From Eledone cirrhosa (Eukaryota), in assembly GCA_964016885.1 (NCBI GenBank), contig OZ024745.1:20584001-20648000 (forward strand): a DNA stretch of 64,000 nucleotides, given 5' to 3'. The position numbers and the translations under genes are program-made. Under the pieces are notes generated by a model, which saw nothing but the letters and a program-made list of their open reading frames with translations, ran no database searches and had not been told where the DNA came from. Positions within the stretch are counted from its first letter, which is position 1; the number at the start of each line of letters is the position of its first letter. Shown piece after piece: positions 1-15,162 of the stretch.

Positions 1-903
1 AACCACCACAGCAACCACAACCACCACAACTACGACAACTACAACAGTCACAACTACCACAACAACTACCACTACCACAACAACTACCACTACAATAACA
101 ACTACCACTACAACCACAAATACCACAACCACCACAGCAACCACAACCACCACAACTACGACAACTACAACAGTCACACCTACCACAACAACTACCACTA
201 CCACAACAACTACCACTACAATAACAACTACCACTACAACCACAAATACCACAACTACCACAGCAACCACAACCACCAAAACTACGACAACTACAACAGT
301 CACAACTACCACAACAACTACCACTACCACAACAACTACCACTACAATAACAACTACCACTACAACCACAAATACCACAACCACCACAGCAACCACAACC
401 ACCACAACTACGACAACTACAACAGTCACACCTACCACAACAACTACCACTACCACAACAACTACCACTACAATAACAACTACCACTACAACCACAAATA
501 CCACAACTACCACAGCAACCACAACCACCACAACTACGACAACTACAACAGTCACACCTACCACAACAACTACCACTACCACAACAACTACCACTACAAT
601 AACAACTACCACTACAACCACAAATACCACAACTACCACAGCAACCACAACCACCACAACTACGACAACTACAACAGTCACAACTACCACAACAACTACC
701 ACTACCACAACAACTACCACTACAATAACAACTACCACTACAACCACAAATACCACAACCACCACAGCAACCACAACCACCACAACTACGACAACTACAA
801 CAGTCACAACTACCACAACAACTACCACTATCACAACAACTACCACTACAATAACAACTACCACTACAACCACAAATACCACAACTACCACAGCAACCAC
901 AAC
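1..903. repeat. 126-bp minisatellite built from ACN triplets, ~7 copies (continues off the left edge)
   Basis: AAC(C/T)ACCACAGCAACCACAACC recurs at 1, 127, 253... with few variant positions. Confidence 0.9.
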
Positions 904-905
904 TT

Positions 906-1160
906 AGGCGCGTGGACTAGTAGGAAGGGGGTTGGAGTGGCTATCATAATGTCGTGGGTTCGATTCCTGGACTGTGTTCTTGATCAAAGCACTTCATGTT
1001 GCTCCAGTATACTCAGCTGAAAATGAGTACCAGCAATAGCTGGAGGTTTAACACTTCGATGGACTGGCGTCATGTCCAGGGGAGAGTCTTGTACTCTCAC
1101 CCACTTCACGTCACAGAAACCGGAATAAGCCTGATAAGCCTCCGGCCTCGAGACAGACTT
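906..1160 (+). mobile_element. tRNA-derived CORE-type SINE (diverged)
   Basis: B-box GGTTCGATTCC at ~957, then CORE-like TGTGTTCTTGATCAAAGCACTT and CTCAGCTGAAAATGAGTACC; homologous minus copies near 8900, 34700, 41620. Confidence 0.7.
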
Positions 1161-1289
1161 TAGCCCTGTGATGGACTGGTGTTCTGCCCAGGTAGAAGTC
1201 ATGTACTCTCAGTCGTATAACATCAAGGAAACGGGGATAAGAACAGGCATGCCCCCCCGGGGGGTCGAGAGATACTTTAAACTTTTAGA

Positions 1290-1465
1290 GGTGGAAGTTG
1301 GTCAAATCGACTCCAATACTTGACTGGTGTTTTACTTCATTGACAGTGGAAGGATGAAAGTGAAAATCGACCTCAGCGGGATTTTAACTGAGCACGTAAG
1401 CGAATGTAATTAAATACCGCAAGGCATTTTGTCTGATGCTCTACTAGCTCTGCCAGTCCTCCACC
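1290..1465 (-). mobile_element. tRNA-derived SINE with Nin/Deu-like central domain (octopus OK-like)
   Basis: Reverse complement matches the CTTTCATCCTT..GTCGATAAAATAAAGTACCAG family seen many times in this window. Confidence 0.7.
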
Positions 1466-1677
1466 CTTGGGATCCTGTAATAATATAATCGGGTCCTATT
1501 ACAAAACTAAGATAAAAAACGGGGAAAATCACGAAAACAAGTTGCGTGAACGACTACAAGAACGATAATAGAGCGCTGTGACCGCCATTACAAATACTCG
1601 TAATAACAATAACAGCAACATGAGTAAAAACAATTGTCAAAATATCAGGTCCCTCGGGAGCTGTAGACTGGGGCTAA

Positions 1678-2682
1678 ACACCACCACCACCGCCACCAAC
1701 GCCACCACCACCACCACCACCAGCACTACCACCACCACCACCAACACTACACCACCACCACCACCACCAACACCAACACTTCACCACCACCACCAACACC
1801 AACACTTCACCACCACCACCAACACCAACACTACACCACCACTACCATCACCACCAACACCACCACCACCACCACACCACCACCAGCACACCACCACCAC
1901 TACCAACATCACCACCAACACCACCACCACCACCAACACCAGAACCACTTACACCACCACCACCACTACCACCACCAACTCCGCCACCACCACAACCAAC
2001 ACCACCACCACCAACATCACCCCCAACAACATCACCACCACCACCAACACTACCAACATCATCACCACTACCAACATCACCACCAACACCACCACCAACA
2101 CCACCACCACCAACATCACCACCAACACCACCCCCAACAACATCACCACCACCACCACCAACACTACCAACATCACCACCACCACCAACATCACCACCAA
2201 CACCACCACCAACACCACCACCACCAACATCACCACCAACACCACCCCCAACAACATCACCACCACCACCACCAACACTACCAACATCACCACCACCACC
2301 AACTTCACCACCAACACCACCACCACCAACATCACCACCACCACCACCACCACCACCACCACCACCACCACCACTACCAACATCACCACCAACACCACCC
2401 CCAACAACATCACCACCACCACCAACACTACCAACATCACCACCACCACCAACATCACCACCAACACCACCACCACCAACATCACCACCACCGCCACCAC
2501 CACCACCACTACCAACATCACCACCAACACCACCCCCAACAACATCACCACCACCACCAACACTACCAACATCACCACCACCACCAACATCACCACCAAC
2601 ACCACCACCACCAACATCACCACCACCACCACCACCAACATCACAGCCCCATCCTCCCACCACCACCAATAACAACAACAAC
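1678..2682. repeat. Degenerate (ACC/AAC)n low-complexity tandem array
   Basis: ACC/AAC/ATC triplet runs with internal sub-repeats; starts right after CTGGGGCTAAACA, a retroelement-tail-like motif. Confidence 0.9.
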
Positions 2683-2829
2683 AAGAATAATATGAATAAC
2701 AAGAAAGAGAAGGCGTCTAATGTGGGCACACTTACATGGTACTTGACATGCTAAAAATGATAACTTAATCTCCCTCAAATCATACCCTACTGTTGTCTGA
2801 AATAATACTTTCTGATTTAGACACAAGTC

Positions 2830-2985
2830 CAACAATTTGGGGAGGGGAAAGTCGATCAAATCGAACTCAGTGTGTTACTGGTACTTTTTTTTATCGACTC
2901 CGTAAGGATGAAAAGCAAAGCTAACCTTGGTGGGATTTGAAAAATAGAGCGCAAAAGCACTAACTCTGTGCCGCAAATCATATTA
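2830..2985 (-). mobile_element. Nin/Deu-domain SINE copy
   Basis: TACTGGTACTTT..TATCGACTCCGTAAGGATGAAAAGCAAAG..GGGATTTGAA. Confidence 0.75.
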
Positions 2986-3161
2986 TGAAGGAGTGATGCT
3001 AGAGCTATGAAATCTTGCATGCATTACTTTCAACTCTTCTTATTAATAACAGCATTGTTTTTTTAGAGGGACTATGTTGAAAAATAAAACTCATTTGGTC
3101 ATTCCATCTTGGTCAGCCTATGAACATTTTCAGCCTATGAACTGTTCAACAAACCCTCGTA
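2985..3161. mobile_element. Mariner-type MITE, partial
   Basis: Ends CCTATGAACTGTTCAACAAACCCTCGTA; homologous to the complete copy at 36132-36339. Confidence 0.7.
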
Positions 3162-3827
3162 TCTTATAGACAAAGTCTCGGATGGCAACGTTCTCCTCCC
3201 AACGAGATTTGATCCTGAATTCGAGTGAAATGAAAGTAAATGATAATATTTTAAACCGGGCTTCACTCGTTTCTCAAGTACGACTACTTTAGCAAAAGAA
3301 CAACAAGAACAACAATGGCGAAACTGGTAGTAGCAGCAGCAGCAACAGCAGCAGCAAAAGCAGCAGTTACAACAGCAGCGACAGCAGCAGTGACAGCAGC
3401 AGCGACAGCAGCAGTGACAGCAGCAGTGACAGCATGGCAGCAATAACCTCATCAACGACAATAACATCGACAGCAAAAAAAAAAAAAAAGAAAGAGTAAC
3501 GAAAACTACAAGATCGAAAATATTAAGAGCAATAGAAAAGATAACACACAAAAAATAATTACTAAATGTATAAAAACAACATAAGAAGACCAGAACAGCA
3601 GTAGCAGCCTCCTCCTCCTCAACAATAACAACAACAACAACGGCCATAGATAGCTTCAATAGCAGCCTCCTCCACCCCCTCCTCCTCAACAACAACAACA
3701 ACGATGATAGCAGCACTAGCAGCCTCTCATCAACAACAACTAAAGCTACGAAGGTAATAAAACAACAACAGTAACTACATCAGCAAAGTAAGAAAAAATG
3801 AAGGAAAAACAAAACTAATAACAGTTG

Positions 3828-5260
3828 CACCACCTCTACCACATCTACCACCACCTCTACCACCAGCACTACCACCTCTACCACCTCTACCACCACCTCT
3901 ACCATCACCTCTACCACCACCTCTACCACCAGCACTACCACCTCTACCACCTCTACCACCACCTCTACCATCACCTCTACCACCACCTCTACCACCTCTA
4001 CCACCACCTCTACCATCACCTCTACCACCACCTCTACCACCAGCACTACCACCTCTACCACCTCTACCACCACCTCTACCATCACCTCTACCACCACCTC
4101 TACCACCTCTACCACCACCCTACGACCTCTACCACCACCACTACCACCTCTACCACCACCTCTACCACCACCTCTACCACCACCTCTACCACCTCTACCA
4201 CCACCTCTACCACCTCTACCACCACCCTACGACCTTTACCACCACTACCACCACCTCTACCACCACCACTACCACCTCTACCACCACCACTACCACCAGC
4301 TCTACCACCACTACCACCTCTACCACCACCGCTACCACGTCTACCACTACCACGTCTACCACTTCTATCATCACCACCACTACCACCACCTCTACCACCT
4401 CTACCACAACCACTACCAATTCTACCACCACCTCTGCCACTACAACTACCACCTCTACCACTACCACCTCTACCACTACCACCTCTACCACTACCACTAC
4501 CACCACCTCTACCATCACCACTACCTCCTCTACCACCACCACTGCCACTTCTACCACCACCTCTGCCACTACAACTACCACCTCTACCACCATTACCACC
4601 TCTACCACCACCACTACCACTTCTACCACCACCTCTGCCACTACAACTACCACCCCTACCACTACCACCTCTACCACCACCACTACCACCACCTCTACCA
4701 CCACCACTACCACTTCTACCACCACCTCTGCCACTACAACTACCACCCCTACCACTACCACCTCTACCACCACCACTACCACCACCTCTACCACCACCAC
4801 TACCACCACCTCTACCACCACCACTACCACCACCTCTACCACCACCACTACCACCTCTACCACCACCACTACCACCACTTCTACCACCACCTCTACTATC
4901 ACCTCTACCACCTCTACCAACACCACTACCAACACCTCTACGACCACCACTACCACCACTACTATCACCACCACCACCACCACCACTACCACGACCACTA
5001 CCACCACCACTACCACCACTTCTACCACCACCTCTACTATCACCTCTACCACCACTACCAACACCACTACCAACACCTCTACGACCACCACTACCACCAC
5101 TTCTATCACCACCACCACCACCACTACCACGACCACTACCACCACTTCTACCACCACCTCTACTATCACCAGTACCACCACCTCTACCACCACGACTACT
5201 ATCACCACTACCATCATTCCTTCCACCACCACCACCATCATCACCAACAACAACAGTAGT
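3828..5260. repeat. (ACCACCTCT)-based low-complexity array
   Basis: Repeated CTACCACCACCT motifs; gives the spurious poly-Pro/His/Val/Gly ORFs. Confidence 0.9.
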
Positions 5261-5505
5261 AACAACAATAAAACCAACATCTACATGAAACAAGTGTAAA
5301 AAAAGCTCAATAAGAATAACAGGATATTGGAAGTAAAATAAGTAGATTGGTGAAATAATACTTCTTTGGAACAAGGTAATACAACGACGGACAACATACA
5401 ACACACACCACATGTATACGTGGTGTGTGTTGTATATATACATCTGTGTGCGTGTGTATACACACACACACACACATACACGCACATATATATATACACA
5501 CACAT

Positions 5506-5540
<35 letters not shown>

Positions 5541-5629
5541 CACATACATATATATATACATACACGTATATATATATATATATCTGTATGTATATGCATA
5601 TATATATATATATATCTGTATGTATATGC

Positions 5630-5719
<90 letters not shown>

Positions 5720-5941
5720 GGATAGGTATGTGAGTTCTGAATGAAGTTATAAAAATCATACACATCGTTAGGAAAAAAAATTAATAGATAACTTGGTAGA
5801 AAGAAAAAAAAAGATGTAATTAACAAATGCTTGATATACACGGAAACTGTAAATCACTGGAAACTGAACCGATAATGTATGTCTGTACATATATATGTAT
5901 GTATATATACAAAAAAACACACACATACATATAAATACAAT

Positions 5942-5975
<34 letters not shown>

Positions 5976-6192
5976 GTACACGTACATACATATATGTATA
6001 CAGACGTACAGTAGTATGTATATATATATATATATATATACATACATGCACACATATATATATATATATGTACGTATGGATTCACCGAACATTTATTATA
6101 ATGCTCGGTGTGTTTGTAAACAAACATCCCGAATTAAGCCGTACAGTGTCTAGCAACCATCGTTGCTCATTTGTTCAACCCTGACAAAAGAA

Positions 6193-6233
6193 CGCTGTAC
6201 TAGTTTCAAGCTTATTAGCTATCGTCAGCAACG
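6193..6233 (-). ncRNA. Minimal type I hammerhead ribozyme (family A)
   Basis: Minus strand: CGTTG-CTGACGA-TAGCT aata AGCTT-GAA-ACTAGT-A-CAGCG; stem I CGUUG/CAGCG, palindromic stem III, GUA site. Confidence 0.85.
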
Positions 6234-6337
6234 TATACATTCCTGCCAGATGATTGAACGTCTGAAAGTATATACTTTCCTTATGCATATTAACGGCTGA
6301 TTAGCCTAACTTGCATACGGTAACTGAGCAGCCTAAC

Positions 6338-6376
6338 TTGCTGACGATAGCTAATAAGCTTGAAACTAGTACATCG
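6338..6376 (+). ncRNA. Hammerhead ribozyme (family A), 5' stem I truncated at the inversion junction
   Basis: TTG-CTGACGA-TAGCTAATAAGCTT-GAAACTAGTA-CATCG. Confidence 0.75.
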
Positions 6377-6707
6377 TTCTTTTGTCAGGGTTGAACAAAT
6401 GAGCAACGATGGTTGCTAGACACTGTACGGCTTAATTCGGGATGTTTGTTTACAAACACACCGAGCATTATAATAAATGTTCGGTGAATCCATACGTACA
6501 TATATATATGTGTGCATGTATGTATATATATATATATATATACATACTACTGTACGTCTGTATACATATAAGTATGTAAGTGTACATACTTATATTTAAG
6601 TAACAGCCATACTAAGAGTGAGAAATGAAATTTCGTTTCATTTTTTCTGTTTATATATATATATATTTATATATATATATGTGTGTATATATATATATTT
6701 ATATATA

Positions 6708-6817
<110 letters not shown>

Positions 6818-6827
6818 TATATATATA

Positions 6828-7182
<355 letters not shown>

Positions 7183-7234
7183 CTATATAAGTTATTCCAG
7201 GTTGAATCGGAGGTAACCATAGTAAGTAAGGTAC

Positions 7235-7291
<57 letters not shown>

Positions 7292-7704
7292 ATGTTTCGT
7301 TCGAATCAATATAAGACCAGTTTGTGAAGGCGAAGATGTGAGGCTATTGATTGTTACAGAAATTACTGGACTATCTCAATATATTGCTGGTATGTAAAGG
7401 ATTACTAAATGAAATATTCAAATAAATACTCTCACATCGTCTGTTATAATGCGATTGTTTTCTGTTCACCATATATATAAATCGTAGGCTACAGCATACA
7501 AGTGATCAGAAAAAACATAAGTTTCACAACTTGTGAAGTGAACACAACAATGTCACTCGGCGTATAAAATGGCGCATGAAGGTCACTTAGCTCTCACTGC
7601 GCGCACAACCACGTGTTGAACTAGTCCGGAAACATATATATAAGGAAAAAAGATGAAATAGAAAATGCAACTGGAGTCTTTTTTTTTAATATATTTATTT
7701 GGTT

Positions 7705-7742
7705 CCTTTACCCGTTTCGCAGTTATTGTGCTTTTCAAAAGT
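7705..7742 (-). ncRNA. Hammerhead variant, U3-A8 core (family B; duplicated at 8716-8753)
   Basis: Minus: ACTT-TTGAAAA-GCA caataac TGC-GAA-ACGGGT-A-AAGG, then AAATAAA; stem III palindrome broken by one change. Confidence 0.65.
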
Positions 7743-7775
7743 AGAATTGAGATACAGGGTTTGTGGTTTTTCTCG

Positions 7776-7818
<43 letters not shown>

Positions 7819-8078
7819 TATATATATAGTATAGAAAACGAAAAATAAGTGATTCATCTGAGCTCAATTTATTGTGTGTTACAATTGTTTCGCCGGCGGA
7901 CAGCTCGAAGCGCGATCATTATGTGGATCTGTCTGATTCTGGACCCGCAGGTTCGACGGACACGTCTAATGATTTCGGAGCATATTCTCTCCGTTTTCTA
8001 TTCTATCATACTCTGCTCTGTAAGAACATAGAGTGCTCAACCGGCATACCGCCTATGGAAGCATCTTAGCTACCATCT

Positions 8079-8193
<115 letters not shown>

Positions 8194-8245
8194 CTATATA
8201 AGTTATTCCAGGTTGAATCGGAGGTAACCATAGTAAGTAAGGTAC

Positions 8246-8302
<57 letters not shown>

Positions 8303-8786
8303 ATGTTTCGTTCGAATCAATATAAGACCAGTTTGTGAAGGCGAAGATGTGAGGCTATTGATTGTTACAGAAATTACTGGACTATCTCAATATATTGCTG
8401 GTATGTAAAGGATTACTAAATGAAATATTCAAATAAATACTCTCACATCGTCTGTTATAATGCGATTGTTTTCTGTTCACCATATATATAAATCGTAGGC
8501 TACAGCATACAAGTGATCAGAAAAAACATAAGTTTCACAACTTGTGAAGTGAACACAACAATGTCACTCGGCGTATAAAATGGCGCATGAAGGTCACTTA
8601 GCTCTCACTGCGCGCACAACCACGTGTTGAACTAGTCCGGAAACATATATATAAGGAAAAAAGATGAAATAGAAAATGCAACTGGAGTCTTTTTTTTTAA
8701 TATATTTATTTGGTTCCTTTACCCGTTTCGCAGTTATTGTGCTTTTCAAAAGTAGAATTGAGATACAGGGTTTGTGGTTTTTCTCG

Positions 8787-9915
<1,129 letters not shown>

Positions 9916-9962
9916 TATATATATATATATATATATATATGCATATATACATATATATGTAT

Positions 9963-10500
9963 ACGCCATTGCTCAGAAGTTTGAAAACACTTGTTTTAAT
10001 GGACCTGAACTTTTTCTAACTTGTTCTGATCATCATTTTGTTTTCAGGTAAATGATAACAAATATCAAGCCTTTGTCTGAGAGGCTGAGCAAAGGGATTT
10101 GGAGATTGCTTGCTTCCTCACAATTGCACGATTGTTTGATATCAAAGTTCGTAATGAGCTTGAAGCTGCTAAATATGATTTTACAGCAGTAGCCAAATGT
10201 AAAACACATGCTAAGGGCCTTACTACCATCAGAAAACCGACGTTTGTATGAAGGGTGAAGAAAATTATCGCTAAGTGTGCCAGAAAATTGAATTCGGTCC
10301 ATTACTAGGGAGCTCAAAGTTTCAAGACACATTATAGGAACAATCGTGCATGAGGACCTCTGATACAAGTCAGACGTGTCGGGGAGAGTTCAATCCATGT
10401 CTGCAAAGACAAAAGGTAACCGTTTGTTCTTCACAAAGAGCTTCTTGAGCAAGATAAAACATTAAAAGCCTGGGATGCGTTTGGTTTTTCTCTGTCGGAA
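9963..10500 (+). pseudogene. Degenerate Tc1/mariner-superfamily transposase, N-terminal part
   Basis: Manual translation across stops and frameshifts: EIACFLTIARLFDIKVRNELEAA...IRKPTFV*RVKKII...RELKVSRHIIGTIVHEDL*YKS...SMSAKTK...KPGM..WFFS, i.e. HTH region up to the first catalytic motif; preceded by TA. Confidence 0.65.
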
Positions 10501-11477
10501 TATCAGAGGGTTATGCAGTGACCATTGAGTCGTTCCAAAGGTCATACACACACAGTTTCCGCCAACTGTGTGGTATCTCACAGACACCACACAATCCTAA
10601 AGGAACGAAAAATTATTCTATTCAACTTCTATGAACCTCGAAAACTTTAGTACTAAATTAAACCCGTACACCCATAACAAATAAAATAAAATAAAAGAAA
10701 AACCCTTCAGCGCTACACCGCGGTAGCGGCATCATCGTTGTTGACTGAACATAGCCTAAACAACAACAACAACAGCAATTATGCCCATGAGTAAATTTAG
10801 TAGACACACAAATCAAACTCACTTACACCGTTACCTCGTCTACACCCCACCGCAGGACTGGGCCATGAACAATACACCCCAAAGAACTGTAATTGTAGAC
10901 GCCCGAAAAATTACTCTCTTAAGATGTCGTTAGAATGCGAACTCAGAGACAGTCGGCCACAATGAAGTATTTTTTCTGCTGATTTGGAAGTGTCTTTTAA
11001 ATTTTCTGAAGAACTTCTTAGACAATTGAATCGATCGCAGTCTACTATTAATATCGATTATTAATTTCGAAGCTAAAACTGACACCGATTAGAAGTAAAT
11101 ATATTGAACACATTACTGATAAACATCTGATATCGTTCTTTCCTTTTTTCTATTCTATTATTCTATCATGTATTCCAGCCGGGAGTGTGAGGCCATACTG
11201 GGCGCCACTACTGATGCTACACTTTCTATAGCCAGCCTTCCCTGGTTAGCCAAGGAAACAAAAGCTACTTTTATTTGTGCTTCACAAAAGTTTCCATCAC
11301 AAAAACGTGAGTTTTATTACTATGGATATTCGCAGGTTCCTCTGATAAGAACATGTGACCCGTTGAGAATCAGGTGAATCTCCAGACTAACAAGAATCCC
11401 TACTTAGCCTTAATAAAATGTATACTTATACTCTTTGTCGGTATTGAGTAATCGTATCTCTCGGCTCGAAACTATAT

Positions 11478-11653
<176 letters not shown>

Positions 11654-11779
11654 GACTATATTTAATATATATATATACAGGACTAGAACTGTTTCATTCG
11701 GGAGAATGCTTTGTATTGAGTACCTTACTTACAGTGGTTACCCCCGATTAAACCCGGGTTAAACTTGTATATATATATA

Positions 11780-11818
<39 letters not shown>

Positions 11819-11822
<4 letters not shown>

Positions 11823-12040
11823 GTTGGCGCAGCAAGGAAGAAATAGCAGGTGATGTGTTGTTATGGAGTCCATCTGATGGAGCAAGAAACGCTGGTCGTC
11901 CCAAGAAGACATACGTCAAGCAACTTGAGGACGATACTGGATGCACTGCGGAAGAACTGGCAAACGCTATGAGAGACAGAGATGGATGGAGGAAACGTGT
12001 CGTAGAAAGCCGAGCAAGCTCGACCTGATGATGGTGATGA
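11819..12040 (+). mobile_element. 3' end of RTE-clade LINE with (TGA)n tail
   Basis: WRSKEEIAGDVLLWSPSDGARNAGRPKKTYVKQLEDDTG...MRDRDGWRKRV, then TGATGATGGTGATGA. Confidence 0.8.
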
Positions 12041-12057
12041 TATATATATATATATAT

Positions 12058-12479
12058 ATTGGTAAACGGAATAGAAAATGCTGACAAATTGTTCACAGTT
12101 GAAAAATGGTTTAATTAGGAATAAAAGAGTATTAGTGATTGCATGGGTTAGTATTCAGTTGTGGTTTTAAGTTTTTAAGTTTTTACCGGTTGCGCATTTC
12201 TAAATGCTTTTCAAAAATAATTTTGAGATAGAGTGTCCGTGCTGTTTGCTCTGATCTGAGTGTCCGTGCTGTTTGCTCAGATCAGAGCAAACAGCACGGA
12301 CACTCTATCTCAAAATTATTTTTGAAAAGCATTTAGAAATGCGCAACCGGTAAAAACTTAAAAACTTAAAACCACAACTGAATACTAACCCATACAATCA
12401 CTAATACTCTTTTATTCCTAATTAAACCATTTTTCAAGTGTGAACAATTTGTCAGCATTTTCTATTCCGTTTACCAATA
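12058..12479. mobile_element. Family C fold-back element, ~200-bp inverted arms
   Basis: 12058-12260 is the near-perfect reverse complement of 12276-12479; the centre holds a duplicated GAGTGTCCGTGCTGTTTGCTC. Confidence 0.85.
12319..12355 (+). ncRNA. Hammerhead-like motif with U3-A8 core and GCAA (mirror copy on minus at ~12182-12218)
   Basis: TTT-TTGAAAA-GCATTT ag AAATGC-GCA-ACCGGT-A-AAA; stem I is only 3 U-A pairs. Confidence 0.5.
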
Positions 12480-12512
12480 TATAATAACTTGTGTGTTACA
12501 CCTCTATTCTTT

Positions 12513-12603
<91 letters not shown>

Positions 12604-12633
12604 CAAATTTATACGGGAACAAAACAGAGAGAC

Positions 12634-12689
<56 letters not shown>

Positions 12690-13293
12690 TAAACAACAGC
12701 AGAAGACCGGACTGGAAAATTTAGAATTTAATGCTACCTTATGTTGTTCCTGCACCAACCACTTGATACCGCATCTACGATGGATGACTTGCATAACGTT
12801 GAGTGCTTTACTTAATTTGTTGCATTATAGTTTACCAACCAGACCTATCAGTTCTACACATTGGTAATCAAACTAACTTAAATGGTATATATATATATAT
12901 ATATGCATAAACATATGTATAAACTAGATTATTAAACACACGGAACAAACGGCAAAAAAATATAACAGACAACACAGACAACAACAAGCTATAACATAAA
13001 GTGTAACTGATGAAAAAAAAAACAACATTAGCTTGTAATAAAACGAAAATAGATGAGAAAAAAGAGCAGGAAGTGACACAAGTCTCTTCTTCTCATCATT
13101 AGATATAGACTTCGTTAGAAATATTAATTAGATTTTACTGAAAGCAACAAGGAGTTCTATAGAGTAAGACATCTAGCCATGTGCAGACATATTGGAATAT
13201 GCAGACATACATAGAAACATAGAGTCATTGATTTATGGATATATTGTCATTCGGAAAGATATTCAGATTGAAACATTCCAATATATATGTGTA

Positions 13294-13436
<143 letters not shown>

Positions 13437-13528
13437 GTGCGTGTGTCTGTGTCAATGTGTGTGTGTGTGTGTGTTTTTGTGTGTATACAACTATATACAT
13501 ATATATGTATATACACGTATATATATGT

Positions 13529-13564
<36 letters not shown>

Positions 13565-13672
13565 TATCTATCTCCTCTGAAATGATATCCATGTAAATTT
13601 TAGATAACTGATACGCAGATAGCGAGAAAGAGAGATGGAGAGGGTAGTTATATATAAATATATGTATATATA

Positions 13673-14829
13673 TATACGATATTAATAAATGGAAACTATA
13701 TTTATAAAACCATATTTATTTCATTATACATATTTCAGTGATACCAAATTAAATTATGGTATGCCTTCATAAGACAAAATACAATATATAACAGTTTTAC
13801 AAATAAGCTTTGACGTACCCTTTTAAAATGCGACCATTATTTTTGGAGGCCATCTGGATAATGAATTGTTTATATTATTTTAATAAGTCTTAGTGCTAAG
13901 GACAATTAGAAAAAGACGGAGAGAAAGAAAAAAGAAAAAGAAAAAAGAAAAAAAGCGTGGAGAAATATCGGAGAGAGAGAAATGCGTGGAGAAAAAAAGG
14001 AAGAGATAAATAAAGACAGGAGGAAAGAAAGAAAAAAAGAAAAAAAAAGAAAAAAGGAATAAATAAGAAAAACAGAGGTAAGCAACAGAGAGATATCAAA
14101 TCATCAGACAGATAGAGAGACTCAAGAGAGAGAAATAATATATAGAGAGAGGGGGAGATAACGAAAACTTTACGTCATGTCATATTAAGTTGAGTTAACA
14201 AATTATATGAAATGAATAATAAAAATAGAAATATTAATATTCATGAATGGGACATTTATATATAATATGAGAAATTAAACATTGTTTAATAATGATTATA
14301 TGTTTAGTTTAAAAATTGAGATCAATATACTAAAAATTTGAATTTAAGCATCCAAAATGTACCCATTGCTATCTCTCTATCTGTCTGATGATTTGATATC
14401 TCTCTGTTGCTTTCCTCTGTTTTTCTTATTTATTCCTTTTTTCTTTTTTTTTCTTTTTTTCCTTTTTTCTTTCTTTCCTCCTGTCTTTATTTATCTCTTC
14501 CCTTTTTTCTCCACGCATTTCTCTCTCTCTCCGATATTTCTCCACGCTTTTTTTCTTTTTTCTTTTTCTTTTTTCTTTCTCTCCGTCTTTTTCTAATTGT
14601 CCTTAACACTAAGACTTATTAAAATAATATAAACAATTCATTATCCAGATGGCCTCCAAAAATAATGGTCGCATTTTAAAAGGGTACGTCAAAGCTTATT
14701 TGTAAAACTGTTATATATTGTATTTTGTCTAATGAAGGCATACCATAATTTAATTTGGTATCACTGAAATATGTATAATGAAATAAATATGGTTTTATAA
14801 ATATAGTTTCCATTTATTAATATCGTATA
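13673..14829. mobile_element. Fold-back element with ~450-bp inverted arms and a degenerate HHR-like motif
   Basis: 13673-14120 is the reverse complement of 14370-14829; arm contains TGAAGG-CATACCA..TGGTAT-CACT-GAA-ATATGT-A-TAATG-AAATAAA, resembling the 27044 HHR. Confidence 0.75.
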
Positions 14830-14915
14830 TCTACTCCAAATACTTATCGAGTGCTTTATATCAGTTATAAAAATATTTACTTGTTGTATCCCAACAATTT
14901 AAATAGAACTTTTGC

Positions 14916-14986
<71 letters not shown>

Positions 14987-14989
<3 letters not shown>

Positions 14990-15120
14990 AAATGTTTAAC
15001 CCCGACGGCAGAGCTCAAGCCGTTTCGACGGCTATTTCTGGACTATTTCTATACCCTAAGTATTGAGTACTCTGGTGCGTTATGGTCCACTTGGTTCATT
15101 ACCACACCTCCTTCGTTATA
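14987..15120. mobile_element. Family D (AT)n-inserted element (other copies 26272-26470, 31572-31745, 61555-61615)
   Basis: Shared CCCCGACGGCAGAGCTCAAGCCGTTTCGACGGCT and ACCCTAAGT(A/G)TTGAGTACTCTG segments. Confidence 0.75.
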
Positions 15121-15162
15121 TATATATTTTTTTTTTCCATTCATATATATATATATATATAT

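Larger units (their letters stand above)
5930..6652. mobile_element. Family A HHR mini-retroelement, fold-back pair in (AT)n
   Basis: Left arm (minus) and right arm (plus) are reverse complements around ~6300-6340; homologous to 9183, 15163, 30347, 62192. Confidence 0.8.

Noticed and set aside
2-907. Open poly-Thr frame (42-codon repeat) resembling a mucin exon
   Set aside because: ACN-triplet arrays are pervasive here and open by composition; no start or splice evidence in the window; cannot be fully excluded without RNA-seq
1578-5707. Long Thr/Pro/Gly/Val-rich ORFs
   Set aside because: Translations of (ACC)-type low-complexity DNA, open in several frames on both strands
11335-11420. Possible HHR (TTCCT-CTGATAA...CAGACTAACA-AGAA..AATAAA)
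   Set aside because: GAAA and stem III too degenerate to support
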